Assembly (NCBI GenBank): GCA_008080735.1
Contig: SHMW01000092.1
Location: 1 to 16,643, forward strand
Length of the DNA stretch: 16,643 nucleotides
Origin: Promethearchaeota archaeon
GTDB lineage: Archaea > Asgardarchaeota > Lokiarchaeia > Sigyniarchaeales > SOKP01
Direction of reading: 5' to 3'
Made by a program: the position numbers and the translations under genes. Shown one piece after another: positions 15,434 to 16,643 of this stretch (positions within the stretch are counted from its first letter, which is position 1; every line of letters begins with the position of its first letter). Under the pieces are notes generated by a model that saw only the letters and a list, made by a program, of their open reading frames with translations, was not told the DNA's origin and searched no databases.

Positions 15434-16612
15434 TTATACTAAAATTAATTCGTCTTTTACCAATTTTGCATTTATATTGTTTTCTTGCACAAGTTCTTCT
15501 AATATGTCGTTAAAATGTTCTGGAAGATTCTTAAGAATTGCTTCAGGAATATTTTGCTGAATCTCCGTTATTTTAATGGAATCTCTGTCTTGGTTTTTAA
15601 ATAGAAATTGAAAAATTTTGCTTTTACATTTTTCCTTATTTATTTCGGCCTCCTTTTTCCTTTTTAAGGCCATTACATCTGTTTCTTTTAATCCCCCAAC
15701 CTTCCCCTCATGAGTGAGTTTACCATCACGCATATGTAACGTTCTACTTGCAAACTCTGAAACGGCTGCGTCATGGCTTACTGCGACAAAGGTGGCGCCC
15801 CGTGCGTTAAGATCTCTTAATAAGTTGAGAATATGAATCCCCGTTTTTGAATCTAAATCCCCTGTCGGCTCATCCAGCACACATATCGCGGGATCATTAG
15901 CAAAAGCACGAGCTATCGCCACCCTTTGTTGTTCCCCCCCACTTAATTCACTGGGGGTATGATGTGCTCTCTCTTCGAGTCCTACTAATTGAAGTAGATC
16001 CATAGCTCGTTTTTTCTTCCCTCTCTTACTTAATTTGCCACTGAAATGAAGAGGTACCATTACATTTTCAAGGGCGGTCATCTGTGGCAGGAGATTATAG
16101 AACTGAAATACGAAACCTATTCTATCCCTTCGAATATCAGCTAAAGCGTTATCAGATAGCATAGAAATATTTCTTCCTTCAAGGAAAATTTTACCTCTTG
16201 TGGGCGTATCAAGACCACCGATCAGATTTAAAAGTGTGGTTTTCCCACTCCCCGAGGGACCCATAATTGAGACAAATTCTCCTTTATCAATAGTGAGGTC
16301 TACTCCTCGTAGAGCAGCAACCGCAGTTGTTCCAAGCAAATATGTTTTATGAAGATTTTCAACAACTATAAGATGGTCGTAATCTTTCCCCGCTTTTTTC
16401 CCTTCATCAAATCCTTCTCGAAGCTTACGTTTTTCTTTTTCTAAATATTGTAATTCTTCCTTTTTTTGAGCTTTTATATTCTCTTTTTTTCGCTTTTTTT
16501 TCCACTTTTGAAACCCATTAGTGATTTCTCCTTTCCAAACAGCTAAATTGCCAGTATCTTGTTCATATTGTTCCATCAGTGGAGTTTTTTCGGGCTGATT
16601 TTCAGTAGTCAT
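15434..16612 (-). CDS. ABC transporter ATP-binding protein, LolD/MacB/MJ0796 family, with ~80-aa N-terminal and ~90-aa C-terminal extensions
   Basis: Walker A GPSGSGKT (118-125), family motif [14 protein letters not shown] (Q-loop Q170), signature LSGGEQQR, Walker B/D-loop [12 protein letters not shown]-switch VSHD (H280), core ending MRDGK. Confidence 0.96.
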   Translation of the reverse strand: MTTENQPEKTPLMEQYEQDTGNLAVWKGEITNGFQKWKKKRKKENIKAQKKEELQYLEKEKRKLREGFDEGKKAGKDYDHLIVVENLHKTYLLGTTAVAALRGVDLTIDKGEFVSIMGPSGSGKTTLLNLIGGLDTPTRGKIFLEGRNISMLSDNALADIRRDRIGFVFQFYNLLPQMTALENVMVPLHFSGKLSKRGKKKRAMDLLQLVGLEERAHHTPSELSGGEQQRVAIARAFANDPAICVLDEPTGDLDSKTGIHILNLLRDLNARGATFVAVSHDAAVSEFASRTLHMRDGKLTHEGKVGGLKETDVMALKRKKEAEINKEKCKSKIFQFLFKNQDRDSIKITEIQQNIPEAILKNLPEHFNDILEELVQENNINAKLVKDELILV

Positions 16613-16634
16613 ATCAAGTATCTTTTCAATCTAT

Positions 16635-16643
16635 AATTATAAT
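16635..16643 (-). promoter_or_regulatory. Possible TATA box for the minus-strand operon (leaderless or short-leader transcript)
   Basis: The minus strand has TTATAA 30 to 25 nt upstream of the ATPase ATG and no SD before that ATG. The BRE position falls outside the window and the background is AT-rich, so support is weak. Confidence 0.3.

Noticed and set aside
3626-16612. Bacteriocin/lantibiotic export cluster (ABC transporter plus LanP-like S8 protease)
   Set aside because: No precursor peptide, modification enzyme or peptidase-containing exporter is present in the window, and the protease architecture is unlike a leader peptidase.
635-16612. Assigning gene symbols macB, lolCDE or ftsEX
   Set aside because: Family membership is clear but orthology is not. 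No MacA/TolC or LolA partner is present and the permeases are double-module ~1000-aa proteins.
1-16643. CRISPR arrays, tRNA/rRNA genes, IS elements or integrases
   Set aside because: Intergenic gaps are all under 40 nt, and no repeat-spacer pattern, structured RNA gene or transposase/integrase motif was seen.

Overview
An AT-rich, almost fully coding window, probably archaeal and most likely Asgard (Lokiarchaeia-like). The taxonomy is inferred from a perfect GGAGGTGA ribosome-binding site, very dense N-X-S/T sequons in the exported proteins, an archaeal-style RdgB and a PCI-like winged-helix tail. An rdgB/HAM1 gene on the + strand converges on a tightly packed five-gene minus-strand operon of about 16 kb. 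The operon order is: LolD/MacB-type ABC ATPase with unusual N- and C-terminal extensions; ~1000-aa double-FtsX permease A; a 1309-aa membrane-anchored ectoprotein with DUF11/BatD/TRAP-beta-like Ig domains; a 1600-aa membrane-anchored S8 subtilase with an intact triad and a cytoplasmic tandem zinc ribbon; and paralogous permease B. The best candidate for an undescribed system is this operon: a type VII (MacB/FtsEX/LolCDE-like) ABC machine apparently coupled to a receptor-like surface protease and a large surface glycoprotein. No RNA genes, CRISPR arrays or mobile elements were seen. Domain calls come from motif recognition by eye, not database searches.
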